Origin: an uncultured Marinoscillum sp.
GTDB lineage: Bacteria; Bacteroidota; Bacteroidia; Cytophagales; MED-G16
NCBI GenBank assembly: GCA_902523065.1
Contig: CABYXZ010000003.1
Coordinates: 40,574-104,573, forward strand
DNA: 64,000 bases
Direction of reading: 5' to 3'
The position numbers and the translations under genes were made by a program. Positions 10,135 to 21,081 of this stretch are shown piece after piece (position 1 is the stretch's first letter; every line of letters begins with the position of its first letter). The notes beneath the pieces were generated by a model. The model was not told the DNA's origin, made no database searches, and was given only the letters and a program-made list of their open reading frames with translations.

Positions 10135-10782
10135 ATGAAAAAAAAGTTATTAAGGTATTCGTACAACGAGAAGTCTGAATTCATTATTCAAGAGGGAAAA
10201 AGTATATACAATGATGTAAAAAAGAATTGGAGTAAATTTTTTAAAAACAAAAACCCATTATTTATAGAGTTAGGATGCGGATATGGAGAGCATACTACTA
10301 AATTTTCTTTTCTTGAAAAAGATAAAAACTTTATTGGGATTGACATTAAGGGTGCCAGGATATATAAAGGAGCAATATCTTTAGAAAAAAATATGATAAC
10401 AAATGCTATATTTCTGAGGACAGATATTCAAAATATTGATGATTTTTTTAACCCAAATGAAATTAGTGGTATTCTTATTTCATTCCCTGATCCAAGACCA
10501 AAAAAGAGAGACATAAAAAAAAGACTCACTAACATCAACTTTCTTAATAAATATTATGGTTTATTAAAAACAGGTGGAGAATTACTATTGAAAACAGATG
10601 ATGAACAACTTTTTGATTTTACTATTGATGAGCTAAAGAAATCCAGCTTTAAGGATATTAAATTATATAATGATATTCATATAAATGAATCTGTTCATAA
10701 ATTATCATCTGTCATAACAAAGTATGAAAAAAGATTTATTAATGAGGGTAAAAAAATAAAATTATTAAGTTGTTTTAAGTAG
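10135..10782 (+). CDS. trmB: tRNA (guanine-N7)-methyltransferase
   Basis: 215 aa. IELGCGYGEH SAM-binding motif and FPDPRPKKR (FPDPWPKKRH-type) signature. Confidence 0.85.
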   Translation: MKKKLLRYSYNEKSEFIIQEGKSIYNDVKKNWSKFFKNKNPLFIELGCGYGEHTTKFSFLEKDKNFIGIDIKGARIYKGAISLEKNMITNAIFLRTDIQNIDDFFNPNEISGILISFPDPRPKKRDIKKRLTNINFLNKYYGLLKTGGELLLKTDDEQLFDFTIDELKKSSFKDIKLYNDIHINESVHKLSSVITKYEKRFINEGKKIKLLSCFK

Positions 10783-11365
10783 GTATACTAATTTTATCTA
10801 AGATATCAGAAATATTATTGTAATCCTTATATCCTGGCCTTAACTCATTGGAGCCGGATAACTTAAGTCCAAGATCATATCTCTTTAACATTTTTTCTGT
10901 ATCTAAAAAAGATTTTTTACATTCAATAAAAACATCTATTCCTTCATATTTGACAAAATCAATCATTGAATCATCAAAATCATCAATCGTCACTAACTTA
11001 ATTTTATTTATGTTTTCCTCTATTAGTTTAGGATTTTGTCTCATAATATTTTTATCAGATATATTAACAATACAATTTTTATCTATTTTTTTTATTTTTT
11101 CGGAGCTGTAGTTAATACTCAAATAATCCACCTCTATTTTGGACATAAACTCTTCAATATAAGTAATTGATGAATCAGCAAATTCAGCAACTATTTTTGG
11201 TCCATTTATCCAGTTTTTTATTTCTTTAAAATTATCTATAGAAATTTTATTTTTTGAGTTTTGATCAAAATCAAAGCCTATATAGTCAACAAACATACCC
11301 GAACAGTATCTGGCATCACTTAAATTATTAACCGAACTTACATATACAAAATACTTTAAATACAT
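10775..11365 (-). CDS. phosphoribosylanthranilate isomerase (TrpF)-like TIM-barrel protein, possibly non-canonical
   Basis: 196 aa. The C-terminal LSGSNELRPGYKDYNNISDILDKI matches the TrpF SSGVE..PG.KD...I tail. The N-terminal KICG catalytic-Cys motif is not recognisable (FVYVSS). No other trp genes are nearby. Confidence 0.4.
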   Translation of the reverse strand: MYLKYFVYVSSVNNLSDARYCSGMFVDYIGFDFDQNSKNKISIDNFKEIKNWINGPKIVAEFADSSITYIEEFMSKIEVDYLSINYSSEKIKKIDKNCIVNISDKNIMRQNPKLIEENINKIKLVTIDDFDDSMIDFVKYEGIDVFIECKKSFLDTEKMLKRYDLGLKLSGSNELRPGYKDYNNISDILDKISIPT

Positions 11366-11424
11366 ACGAACATGTAAAGATTAAAAGTCGTAATTTTAAC
11401 TAAAAATAAATAAATCAAAAGAAA

Positions 11425-12567
11425 ATGAGTAAAAATGGGAGGGTACTAGTAGCAATGAGTGGTGGTGTTGATAGCTCTGTAGCTGCAATTCTTCTCATGG
11501 AACAAGGGTATGAGGTAATTGGTTTAACTATGAAAACCTGGGATTACGAAACATCAGGATCAAGTAAAAAGGAAACTGGATGTTGCAGTCTTGACTCGAT
11601 TAATGACGCAAGAAATATTGCTGTCGACCTTGGATTCCACCACAATATTCTTGACATAAGAGAAGAATTTGGGGATTATGTTATAGACTACTTTACAGAC
11701 GAGTATATGATTGGGAGAACTCCTAATCCCTGTGTCTTATGTAATACCCACATAAAATGGGAAGCATTGCTCAAGAGAGCTGATAAGTTAGGATGTGATT
11801 TCATTGCCACTGGACACTATGCTAATATCAATGAGAAGAGTGGTAGGTATTTTATATCAAAGGGTAAGGATCTAAATAAAGACCAATCATATGCATTATG
11901 GGGAATTAGTCAAAAAAATCTTAGTAGAACAATTTTTCCTCTTGGTAGTTTAGAAAAGGACGAAATAAAAAAAATAGCTCTAGATAGAGGGTACGATAAT
12001 CTTGTTAAAAAATCTGAATCTTATGAAATATGTTTTGTGCCAGATAATGATTACAGATCGTTTCTTAAGAAAAGAGTTTCAAATATTGATAAAGTAATTA
12101 AAAAGGGTGATTTTATAACAGAAGATGGTCAAACTGTTGGCACTCACCAAGGTTATCCATTTTATACTATTGGTCAAAGAAAAGGTCTAGGTTTAGCCCT
12201 TGGATATCCTATTTATGTTACCAATATTGATGTAGAAAAGAATACTGTTACTGTTGGCACATTCGACGAGTTAAAAAGAAATGGAATGTATGTTGACAAA
12301 CTAAATTTCATGAAGTACGATAAAATTGACGGTAGATTAGATGCATATACCAAGATAAGGTATAATGACAGTGGAAATCCATCTGTAATTGAAAAAGTAG
12401 GTGATACTATGAAAGTATATTTTGGAGCTGGAGTAAATGCTATTACTCCTGGACAAGCAGCTGTTTTTTATGAAGATAACGATGTAATAGGGGGAGGGTG
12501 GATAATGTCAAGTTTTAATCAGAATAAGATCAAGAGAGACTCTAATACGTTAATAAAAAATGATTAA
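11425..12567 (+). CDS. mnmA: tRNA 2-thiouridine(34) synthase
   Basis: 380 aa with a PP-loop (VLVAMSGGVDSSVAA). NPCVLCN, ATGHYA and DQSYAL blocks. Confidence 0.95.
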   Translation: MSKNGRVLVAMSGGVDSSVAAILLMEQGYEVIGLTMKTWDYETSGSSKKETGCCSLDSINDARNIAVDLGFHHNILDIREEFGDYVIDYFTDEYMIGRTPNPCVLCNTHIKWEALLKRADKLGCDFIATGHYANINEKSGRYFISKGKDLNKDQSYALWGISQKNLSRTIFPLGSLEKDEIKKIALDRGYDNLVKKSESYEICFVPDNDYRSFLKKRVSNIDKVIKKGDFITEDGQTVGTHQGYPFYTIGQRKGLGLALGYPIYVTNIDVEKNTVTVGTFDELKRNGMYVDKLNFMKYDKIDGRLDAYTKIRYNDSGNPSVIEKVGDTMKVYFGAGVNAITPGQAAVFYEDNDVIGGGWIMSSFNQNKIKRDSNTLIKND

Positions 12568-13192
12568 AACATCAATCTCTATTCTTGACTGTGATTTTAA
12601 TAACCTTGAATATGAAATAAATAGAGTTAATAATTCGAATTCTGACCTAATTCATATTGATATTATGGATGGAAAATTTGTTCCTAATAACACGTTAGAA
12701 AAATTTGATATGAATAAAATATCAAAATACTCAGATAAAAATTTTGATGTACACTTAATGGTAGAAAATCCAATAGATTATATTAGTTCATTTGTTACAC
12801 CTTTAACTGATTATATATCTATACATTTAGAAAGTAAAGGAATTGATCAATCATTAAAAAGTATCAAAGAAAATGGTATTAAATGTGGTCTTGCAATTAA
12901 TCCAGATACTAAAATTCAAAAATTATACCCCTTTCTTGAAATAATTGACATGGTAATTATTATGTCTGTTTTTCCTGGAAAAGGTGGTCAAAATTTTATT
13001 GAAAATACATATGATAAAGTTGAAACATTAAGAAATCATGATAAAAATATTGATATATCTGTCGATGGAGGCGTTGGTTCTTCTAATTCTAAAACACTTA
13101 TTTCTAAGGGTGCATCAACATTGGTTTCTGGAAGTTATTTAATGAAAAGTAATAACATCAATAATTCTATCAAAAACATGTTAAAACACTAA
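12560..13192 (+). CDS. rpe: ribulose-phosphate 3-epimerase
   Basis: 210 aa. SILDCDF, HIDIMDGKFVPN, VFPGKGGQ.F and VDGG blocks. Confidence 0.9.
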   Translation: MIKTSISILDCDFNNLEYEINRVNNSNSDLIHIDIMDGKFVPNNTLEKFDMNKISKYSDKNFDVHLMVENPIDYISSFVTPLTDYISIHLESKGIDQSLKSIKENGIKCGLAINPDTKIQKLYPFLEIIDMVIIMSVFPGKGGQNFIENTYDKVETLRNHDKNIDISVDGGVGSSNSKTLISKGASTLVSGSYLMKSNNINNSIKNMLKH

Positions 13193-13267
13193 AAATAATT
13201 CATTTTTGAACGAAATTTTTAGTACATTTAAGGTGCAAAAACTTACTAAACATTCTCTAATTTTTTA

Positions 13268-15730
13268 ATGATAGAAGATAGCAGCCAAAACATTATTCCA
13301 ATCAATATTGAAGAGGAAATGAAAGGTGCTTACATTGACTACTCAATGTCTGTTATTGTTTCAAGAGCCTTACCAGATGTAAGGGATGGTTTAAAACCTG
13401 TTCACAGAAGGGTACTTTACGGTATGCTTGAAATGGGTGTAAACTATAACAAGTCCTTTAAAAAATCTGGTAGAATTGTTGGTGACGTTATGGGTAAGTA
13501 TCATCCACACGGTGACTCTTCTGTTTATGAGACTATGGTTAGAATGGCTCAACCTTGGTCTTTAAGATATATACTTGTTGATGGACAAGGAAATTTTGGT
13601 TCTATCGATGGAGACTCCCCAGCAGCAATGCGTTATACTGAAGCTAAACTTAAGAGGATATCAGACGAACTGCTATCTGATATAAATAAAGATACTGTTG
13701 ATTTTCAACCTAATTATGATGATACCTTAAAAGAACCAACTGTTCTTCCATCTAAATTTCCAAATCTACTTGTAAATGGTGCTAGTGGGATTGCGGTTGG
13801 GATGGCTACCAATATGGCACCTCATAACCTAACTGAAGTAATTGAAGGAACAATTCACTACATTGAGAATAATGATTGTTCTGTTCAAGATCTTATGGGT
13901 TTTATAAAAGCACCTGACTTCCCAACAGGAGGAATTATTTATGGATATCAAGGTGTAAAATCTGCATTTGAAACTGGAAAGGGTAGAATAGTTATGAGAG
14001 CAAAAGCAACTATCGAACAAAATGATAAAGAAAAAGATAGAATAATTGTCACAGAAATCCCTTATATGGTAAATAAGGCATCAATGATTGAAAAAACAGC
14101 TCATTTAATTAACGATAAAAAAATTGAGGGTATAAGTGATATTCGAGATGAATCTGATAGAAATGGGTTAAGAATAATTTATGACTTAAAAAGAGATGCA
14201 ATTCCTAACGTTGTACTTAATAACCTTTATAAGTATACCCAATTACAATCATCTTTTGGTGTTAATAATGTTGCTTTGGTAAATGGAAGACCAAAAACCT
14301 TAAATCTTAAAGAACTAATAGAAAATTATGTTACCCACAGACATGAGGTGGTAACAAGAAGAACTGAATATGAGCTTAAGGAGGCTGAGAAGAGGTCTCA
14401 TATCCTTCAGGGTTATATTATTGCATTAGATAATATTGATGATGTAATAGAGCTTATAAAAAAGTCAAAAAGCCCTGAAGAGGCTAAAAATGGTTTAATT
14501 AAAAAATATAAACTTTCTGAAATTCAAGCTAAAGCAATTCTTGAAATGAGACTTCAGAAATTGACTGGTCTAGAAAGAGATAAAGTACTTAAGGAAAATG
14601 AAGAGCTAAATAAGCTTATCAAGACATTAAAAGATATTCTATCTGACAAAGACAAAAGAATGAATATCATAAAAGATGAATTAAAAGAAATAAAGGAGAG
14701 GTATGGAGATGAGAGAAAGTCAGAGATAGAGCATTCGGCAGCTGAGTTTACTGTAGAAGATATGATTCCTGATGAGGATATGGTTATCACTTTTTCTCAC
14801 GAGGGTTATGTGAAAAGAACATCTTTAGATGAATACAGGACACAGAGTAGAGGAGGAGTTGGCGCAAAAGGAGTAAAAACAAAAGATGATGACTTCAACG
14901 AACATCTATTTATTGCCTCAACTCATAATTACCTTTTAATTTTCACTGAGTTTGGAAAGGTTTTCTGGAAAAAGGTTTGGGAGCTACCTGAAGGCTCAAA
15001 AGTATCAAAAGGTAGAGCAATTCAAAATCTTATAAATATTGAAAGTGGAGATAAAATTAGATCGGTAATAAATATTAATAATCTTGACGACGAGGACTAT
15101 TTAAACAATAATTTTCTTGTTATGTGTACTGAGGGCGGTACAATTAAAAAGACCAAGTTAGAGGCATATTCTAGACCAAGAGTTAATGGAATAAATGCAA
15201 TTACTATAAAAGAAAATGATAGATTATTAGATGTTAAACTTACAAATGGTGACAATCATATAATTATTGCAAAAAGATCAGGTAAAGCAATAAACTTCCA
15301 TGAAAATAACGTAAGACCTATGGGTAGAACCGCAGCTGGTGTAAGAGGGATAAAATTAGAAAGTGATGATGACAGAGTAATTGGTATGATCTGTGTTTCG
15401 AGAGAGGAATCAGATCTCTTAGTAGTTTCAAAGAATGGTTATGGTAAGAGATCTTCTATAAATGACTACAGGATAACTAAGAGGGGAGGAAAGGGAGTTA
15501 TGACTCTTAAAATCACTGAGAAAACAGGAAATTTAGTTGCAATTAAGGAGGTAAAGACAAATGACGAGTTAATGATAATTAATAAATCAGGGATTACGAT
15601 TAGAACCTCAATAACAGATGAAAATATTAGAGTAATGGGAAGGGCAACACAAGGTGTAAAACTTATTAAATTATCTGAAAATGATGAAATCTCATCAGTA
15701 GCAAAGATTGAAAATATAGAAGAAGACTAA
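13268..15730 (+). CDS. gyrA: DNA gyrase subunit A
   Basis: 820 aa. [27 protein letters not shown], the active-site region [10 protein letters not shown], the [21 protein letters not shown], and C-terminal beta-pinwheel repeats. Confidence 0.97.
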   Translation: MIEDSSQNIIPINIEEEMKGAYIDYSMSVIVSRALPDVRDGLKPVHRRVLYGMLEMGVNYNKSFKKSGRIVGDVMGKYHPHGDSSVYETMVRMAQPWSLRYILVDGQGNFGSIDGDSPAAMRYTEAKLKRISDELLSDINKDTVDFQPNYDDTLKEPTVLPSKFPNLLVNGASGIAVGMATNMAPHNLTEVIEGTIHYIENNDCSVQDLMGFIKAPDFPTGGIIYGYQGVKSAFETGKGRIVMRAKATIEQNDKEKDRIIVTEIPYMVNKASMIEKTAHLINDKKIEGISDIRDESDRNGLRIIYDLKRDAIPNVVLNNLYKYTQLQSSFGVNNVALVNGRPKTLNLKELIENYVTHRHEVVTRRTEYELKEAEKRSHILQGYIIALDNIDDVIELIKKSKSPEEAKNGLIKKYKLSEIQAKAILEMRLQKLTGLERDKVLKENEELNKLIKTLKDILSDKDKRMNIIKDELKEIKERYGDERKSEIEHSAAEFTVEDMIPDEDMVITFSHEGYVKRTSLDEYRTQSRGGVGAKGVKTKDDDFNEHLFIASTHNYLLIFTEFGKVFWKKVWELPEGSKVSKGRAIQNLINIESGDKIRSVININNLDDEDYLNNNFLVMCTEGGTIKKTKLEAYSRPRVNGINAITIKENDRLLDVKLTNGDNHIIIAKRSGKAINFHENNVRPMGRTAAGVRGIKLESDDDRVIGMICVSREESDLLVVSKNGYGKRSSINDYRITKRGGKGVMTLKITEKTGNLVAIKEVKTNDELMIINKSGITIRTSITDENIRVMGRATQGVKLIKLSENDEISSVAKIENIEED

Positions 15731-15765
15731 ATTTTTTAATTAAATTTGTTAATAACCCAAAAACA

Positions 15766-17154
15766 ATGAAAAAATATATATTATCATTCCTATTATTCAT
15801 TTCAGTATTTAATGCATATTCTCAATATAAAGGAAATTCAAATAAGGCTAGATCCTATCTTGCAAAGGTAGAGTTAACAACTGATTTATCTGAAAAAGAA
15901 GCTTTACTAACTGATGCTAAAGGAGAGGTTGATACAGCAATACAAATTGAAAAAAATAGAGGAAAAGCTGATACGTGGGTAGTAAGAGGAAATGTGTACG
16001 CTGAAATTGCAAAGATATTTCCTCAACTTGATAAAGATGCAATTGATAAAGCATTAGAATCTTATGATAAGATTGGTACTGATGTACAAACTAAAAACGT
16101 AGAAATAATTAAAGAAGCAAATGCAGGTAGACAAAATCTATCAGTATTTTTTGTTAATCAAGCAATTACCGCGCTTCAGGGTTCAAATGAACCTAATTAT
16201 GAACAAGCTTACGAATCATTTTTAAATAGCCTTAGAGTTAATCCTCAGGACACACTAGGTTTACTGTACGGAGGTTTTGTTGCAGAGCAATTAAGTATGT
16301 TCTCTGAAGCCCTTGGGTTCTATGACAAACTAATGAAAATGGATGTTTTAAATAATAAAAACTCAAATACCATTTACCAAAATTCTATAAATATCTATTA
16401 CACTAATTGCGAAGAATTTAAAGAGTGTGACTCATTTGAAAACTCAATTAGACTAATCAACGATGCAAAAGAGTTATTTCCCGAAAATAATTATTATCCT
16501 TCAGTCGAAATTAACATAGCTATGAGACTTAATAAAGTAGAAGAGGCTAGAGGTAAGATTGACGCACAGTTAGAAATGGACCCAGAAAATCCAAATTTAC
16601 ACTTTAATAGAGCAGTTTTATACTATAATTTGGGATTGGCACTTACAGAAAATAACGATTTCAGTGAAAATCAAAAATTGGACACCCTTGATAAAGTATA
16701 TAAATCAGCTATAGAATCTTACAAATCAACCTTACAATTTGATCCTAGTAATGAAAGAGCATTATTGTATATGCTTGATGCATTTAAAGCAAATGCAAAG
16801 CCATACTATGATTTGGAAAGAAATCTTGACTTTCTAGCCCTAAAAAATAAATATCAAGCTGAGTCTGATAGACTTAAAAATGAGGGAAATAGTAGAATTT
16901 CTGAAGGACGGACCTATGCAGTTGACTATATGAATATCAAAGGTGAAGAGATATCAAATGATGATATAGCAACAATTTACCCTATTTTTTCAATATTAGA
17001 GGATTTTGATAACCTAATTAAAATACTGAGTATATCTGTAAAAAGAGATAATACTAACGTTGAATATTTAGAAGTATTGAGGAATGCATATATCAAAGTT
17101 AAAGACTATGAAAATGCTGAAAATATTTATCAAATTATACTCAGCTTACAATAG
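15766..17154 (+). CDS. secreted TPR-like repeat protein
   Basis: 462 aa with a signal peptide (LLFISVFNAYSQ). Helical repeat content with TPR-like segments (AVLYYNLGLALTENND, YKSAIESYKSTLQFDPSN). Confidence 0.4.
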   Translation: MKKYILSFLLFISVFNAYSQYKGNSNKARSYLAKVELTTDLSEKEALLTDAKGEVDTAIQIEKNRGKADTWVVRGNVYAEIAKIFPQLDKDAIDKALESYDKIGTDVQTKNVEIIKEANAGRQNLSVFFVNQAITALQGSNEPNYEQAYESFLNSLRVNPQDTLGLLYGGFVAEQLSMFSEALGFYDKLMKMDVLNNKNSNTIYQNSINIYYTNCEEFKECDSFENSIRLINDAKELFPENNYYPSVEINIAMRLNKVEEARGKIDAQLEMDPENPNLHFNRAVLYYNLGLALTENNDFSENQKLDTLDKVYKSAIESYKSTLQFDPSNERALLYMLDAFKANAKPYYDLERNLDFLALKNKYQAESDRLKNEGNSRISEGRTYAVDYMNIKGEEISNDDIATIYPIFSILEDFDNLIKILSISVKRDNTNVEYLEVLRNAYIKVKDYENAENIYQIILSLQ

Positions 17155-17162
17155 ATATTAAC

Positions 17163-17621
17163 TCAATTTTTTAAATATTCTTTTATTTCTTTAGAATAAT
17201 CAATTAACAACTCATTTGGTATTGGAAGAAGTAGGTTATATTGTTTTATTTTCCATATACCATTTACTTTAGCTAAAACTCCTGTTCCTCTGAAAATACC
17301 ATATTTTTTATTATCTAATTCCTCGTCAAACCAAGCAGTATTCAGATCTGAGTTTAAATAGATATTCCTTGAGATAGGTGTATATGTCCAACCATCGCCC
17401 TTATCAAACCTTTCCAGGGCATAATCCTCAAATTCCTTTTTGTTCCATCTTTCAGTTGCATCTGTACCAAAAAATATAGCTTCCTTATCGAATAAATTAA
17501 AATAATTATTTCCTTCGGCAACACTTGCATAATAATGAAGATTATCTAAAACATTATTAATTAACTTTTTTTCTTCATTGTTAAAGGATATTGTAAGGAA
17601 TATATTTAGAAGGATTAACAT
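17163..17621 (-). CDS. NTF2/SnoaL-like (DUF4440-type) protein
   Basis: 152 aa. The size and the pattern (YFNLFDKEAIFFGTDATERW ... GVLAKVNGIWKIKQYNL) fit the NTF2-like cone fold. Weak, by eye. Confidence 0.35.
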   Translation of the reverse strand: MLILLNIFLTISFNNEEKKLINNVLDNLHYYASVAEGNNYFNLFDKEAIFFGTDATERWNKKEFEDYALERFDKGDGWTYTPISRNIYLNSDLNTAWFDEELDNKKYGIFRGTGVLAKVNGIWKIKQYNLLLPIPNELLIDYSKEIKEYLKN

Positions 17622-17657
17622 TCTTTATTTAACATAATATAAATTATATAACAAATA

Positions 17658-19949
17658 TCATTTAATATATATCTCTTTAGATTTATCATTTATTGATATT
17701 TTAAATCTTCCCTCCTCAACAACTGGTTCATTTTTATAATTATAAAATTCCAATTCAGAAACAGGTAATGAAAATGTTAATCTTTTTGTTTCTCCAGCCT
17801 TTATGTGAATTTTATCGTAATCACGTAATCTTTTAATGTCTGGTGTTAAACTAGCATAAAGATCAGATGAATATAATTGAACAGTCTCATAGCCATCGAT
17901 ATCGCTTTCATTTGTAACAAAAACACCAATATTAAGAGTATCAGAAAGGTTAAAGGTATCTTTATCTACAGCAAAATTGGAATATTTAAAATCAGAATAA
18001 CTTAAACCATAACCAAAGTCATATAAGTTATTTACTTCACCAACGTAATTGTATGCACCTTGAGCATTATTCTGAACCTCAGACGGTTTATAATAGTATG
18101 GGAGTAATGAATTTGGATATGCAGGGTAAGTATATGGTAATTTTCCTGAAGGATTAACTTTTCCTGACAATATATCTGCAAGTGCATCAGCACCAAAGTT
18201 ACCTGGTAAATAAACGTTGACTACAGCACTCATAAGTGGCTCAATATCAGATATTAACCTAGGTCTTCCTAAATTTAAAATTAAGATTATTGGCTTACCG
18301 GTTTTACTTAATTCTACTGCTAATTTTGACTGTAATTTATGAATATTAAGATCATTCAAATCGCCAGGTTTTTCAGTGTAAGTATTTTCTCCTAAACATA
18401 GAACTATATAATCTGATCTCCTAGCCTCCTGAACAGCTTTCTGAATGTTAATTTCATCCATATCATAGTAACTGCCTCCATTTCTATAAGATACACCAGG
18501 AACATACCTAACATTATTAGACCCATAAGTATTTCTAACTGCCTCATAAATTGTATTATATTCACCAGCAAAATCATCTGTAAGATCACCTTGCCAAGAA
18601 TATGTCCATGCTCCATTTAATGTTCTCATATTATTTGCATTTGGACCAGTAACTAAAATCCTTGAATTTCCCTTAATAGGTAATATATCATCATTATTTT
18701 TAAGTAAAGTAATTGACTCCGAAGCAGCTTTATATGCTAACTGATGATGTTTCTTTGATCCAAAGTCATCATATTCCTCGTAATTAGTAACTGGATTATT
18801 AAATAGATCTAATTCCAACTTGAGCTTTAAAATTCTTAATACTGCATCATCAATTCTATCCATACTAACCTCCCCTTCCTCAACCAATGATTTAAGGTTT
18901 CTAATAAAATGTTCGTACTCATAGGGTACCATTGACATATCTATGCCTGCATTTATAGCCATTTTGATAGCTTCTTTCTGGTTTTTTGCTACTTTATCTC
19001 TGTCATGAAGCTTTCTAATATCCTCCCAATCAGTAAGTATAACACCCTCAAAACCAAGTTTATTTCTTAACACATTAATCATTAAATTATAATCTGCGTG
19101 AACTGGAACACCATTAATTAGCCCAGAATTTATCATTACTGTCTTAGCTCCCGACTCGATTGCTTTTTTGAATGGCTCTATATGATACTCAGATAATACG
19201 TTATCTGGTATATATGCTGGTGTTCTATCTTTACCTGATATTACTGCTTGATACCCAACAAAATGCTTCATACATGCCGCAACACTGTACTTATTTGAAA
19301 CATCATTGTTATCACCCTGATATCCTCGAATCATAGCCTTACCAAACCTTTCAACAATTAATGGGTCCTCTCCAAACGTTTCGAATTGACGAGGAAATCT
19401 TGGGTCTATACCAAGATCCAATACCGGTGAGAAATTCCAAGGTATACCTGATGCTCTAGTTTCATATGCACATACAAGAGCCATATTATAAGCATTTTCC
19501 TCATTCCAACTAGCAGCAGTTGTTATTTGTTGAGGAAACATTGTAGCACCATCAGTGTATGTTGTTCCGTGAATAGCATCAATACCATAAATAATTGGAA
19601 TACCCATCCTAGTGCTATCCATGGAGTATTTTTGAATTTCTGATATTGTTTTAAACCATGTCTCAGGTTTTTGAGCAGTATTATTTATTGTATTCAAGAC
19701 TGATCCTACTTTAAAGTCAACAAGAGCTTTCCTGGTTTTTTTAGGATCTATTTCTAGAGGAAAAGAAGAAGACCATTTAGTTGGTCCCTTCGCAATAACT
19801 GTCAAATTTATCTGAGCCATCTGCCCTACCTTTTCATCAAGAGTCATTTGAGATAGTATATCTTGAGCTTTTGAGTCAATATTTGATTCTTTTATTTGAT
19901 CTGATGTACATGAAAAGATTAGAAATGATAATATGATAAAATATCTCAT
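17658..19949 (-). CDS. glycoside hydrolase family 3 beta-glucosidase (BglX-type)
   Basis: 763 aa with a signal peptide or lipobox (FLIFSCTS). GH3 N-domain blocks (KVGQM, GIDAIHG, KHFVGY, GVILTDWEDI), a C-terminal alpha/beta domain and an FnIII-like tail. Confidence 0.9.
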   Translation of the reverse strand: MRYFIILSFLIFSCTSDQIKESNIDSKAQDILSQMTLDEKVGQMAQINLTVIAKGPTKWSSSFPLEIDPKKTRKALVDFKVGSVLNTINNTAQKPETWFKTISEIQKYSMDSTRMGIPIIYGIDAIHGTTYTDGATMFPQQITTAASWNEENAYNMALVCAYETRASGIPWNFSPVLDLGIDPRFPRQFETFGEDPLIVERFGKAMIRGYQGDNNDVSNKYSVAACMKHFVGYQAVISGKDRTPAYIPDNVLSEYHIEPFKKAIESGAKTVMINSGLINGVPVHADYNLMINVLRNKLGFEGVILTDWEDIRKLHDRDKVAKNQKEAIKMAINAGIDMSMVPYEYEHFIRNLKSLVEEGEVSMDRIDDAVLRILKLKLELDLFNNPVTNYEEYDDFGSKKHHQLAYKAASESITLLKNNDDILPIKGNSRILVTGPNANNMRTLNGAWTYSWQGDLTDDFAGEYNTIYEAVRNTYGSNNVRYVPGVSYRNGGSYYDMDEINIQKAVQEARRSDYIVLCLGENTYTEKPGDLNDLNIHKLQSKLAVELSKTGKPIILILNLGRPRLISDIEPLMSAVVNVYLPGNFGADALADILSGKVNPSGKLPYTYPAYPNSLLPYYYKPSEVQNNAQGAYNYVGEVNNLYDFGYGLSYSDFKYSNFAVDKDTFNLSDTLNIGVFVTNESDIDGYETVQLYSSDLYASLTPDIKRLRDYDKIHIKAGETKRLTFSLPVSELEFYNYKNEPVVEEGRFKISINDKSKEIYIK

Positions 19950-19977
19950 GGTGGTTTGTATTTAGTGAAGATGTAAT

Positions 19978-21081
19978 TTAGTCAGATATTTTCCAAAAAG
20001 CTATTCCCCCAGCCTGTTTTCCAACATTTACAGAACTTTCAAGGGACATGTCTTTTAGATTAATTACATCAACCTTACCAGGTTCTCCTCCAATCCCCTC
20101 TACAGAGATAAATGCATACTTACTGTCAGGTGAAATTGCAATTCCGTGCGAAACTTTAGTCGTATTTTTTAAAACTTTACTTATAGACAAATCTTCTAAA
20201 TCCCATATTCCAGTACTTCCCTCTCCTTTCAAGGTAGCAACTAAATACTTTCCGTTTGGAGAAATCTCTACGTTATAAGGTCCTTTTCCAACATTAATTC
20301 TGTTTGTTATTACCCAATCATCTAAATTTACCTCAATTATTTCATCTGAACCATTTCCAGCTATATAAGCTAACTTTTTTGAGGGATGAGGAATGACCCA
20401 AGTTGGCTGGACCATAGAATGTGACATTTTCATGGAGTGATTACCTCCCATTTGATGATTACTATTCATTTGATGGTTACCAGAGGACATCATATTCATC
20501 TTTTCAAGATTAAGCTTTCTTTTAACTTTCAGAGTTATTGCATCAATCTCAAATAACTCTCCAGACATCATGGCAACAGAGTACTGATATAGACCATCAG
20601 GAGAAATTCTAGAGCCATGAGGCATTGCTCCAGTTGTTATTTGCTTAATTTCAACCATAATTTCAGGATCAACGACCGAAACAGTACTTGGCTTCATTTC
20701 ACCATGAAGGTTAAAATTGACACAATAGAGTAGTCCTGTAGCTTCAGATATCTGCATTGTTGCAGGAAAAAGACCTAATTTGGTACTTGAAATAGGTTTA
20801 TTCGTTTCAGTCGAATATTTAGTTAATGTTCCATAAGGACTCCCGTGAGCTAATGAAAGATACCAATATTTACCATTTGGATCAACAGTTATGCCATGAG
20901 GCCCCTCGATTTCAGTTGGCATCACCCCTACTTCAAATCTTTCCTCTTCAATTAATTCAGATCCATCAAACCTAAGTAAGGAAACCATATCGTCTGATTC
21001 AGCAGCAACATATAAATAGTAATTCTGCGAAAAGGAACTATTACTAATTAAAAAAGCAGTAAGAAATACAAGTAATCTCAT
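19978..21081 (-). CDS. YVTN/cd1-type beta-propeller repeat protein with a Met/His-rich insertion
   Basis: ~367 aa from the ATG at 21081 (the track start at 21084 is TTG). Signal peptide. Repeated GPHGITVDPNGKY / PHGSRISPDGLY / GPYNVEISPNGKY / SHGIAISPDSKY blades. Insertion MNMMSSGNHQMNSNHQMGGNHSMKMSHSM. Confidence 0.55.
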   Translation of the reverse strand: MRLLVFLTAFLISNSSFSQNYYLYVAAESDDMVSLLRFDGSELIEEERFEVGVMPTEIEGPHGITVDPNGKYWYLSLAHGSPYGTLTKYSTETNKPISSTKLGLFPATMQISEATGLLYCVNFNLHGEMKPSTVSVVDPEIMVEIKQITTGAMPHGSRISPDGLYQYSVAMMSGELFEIDAITLKVKRKLNLEKMNMMSSGNHQMNSNHQMGGNHSMKMSHSMVQPTWVIPHPSKKLAYIAGNGSDEIIEVNLDDWVITNRINVGKGPYNVEISPNGKYLVATLKGEGSTGIWDLEDLSISKVLKNTTKVSHGIAISPDSKYAFISVEGIGGEPGKVDVINLKDMSLESSVNVGKQAGGIAFWKISD

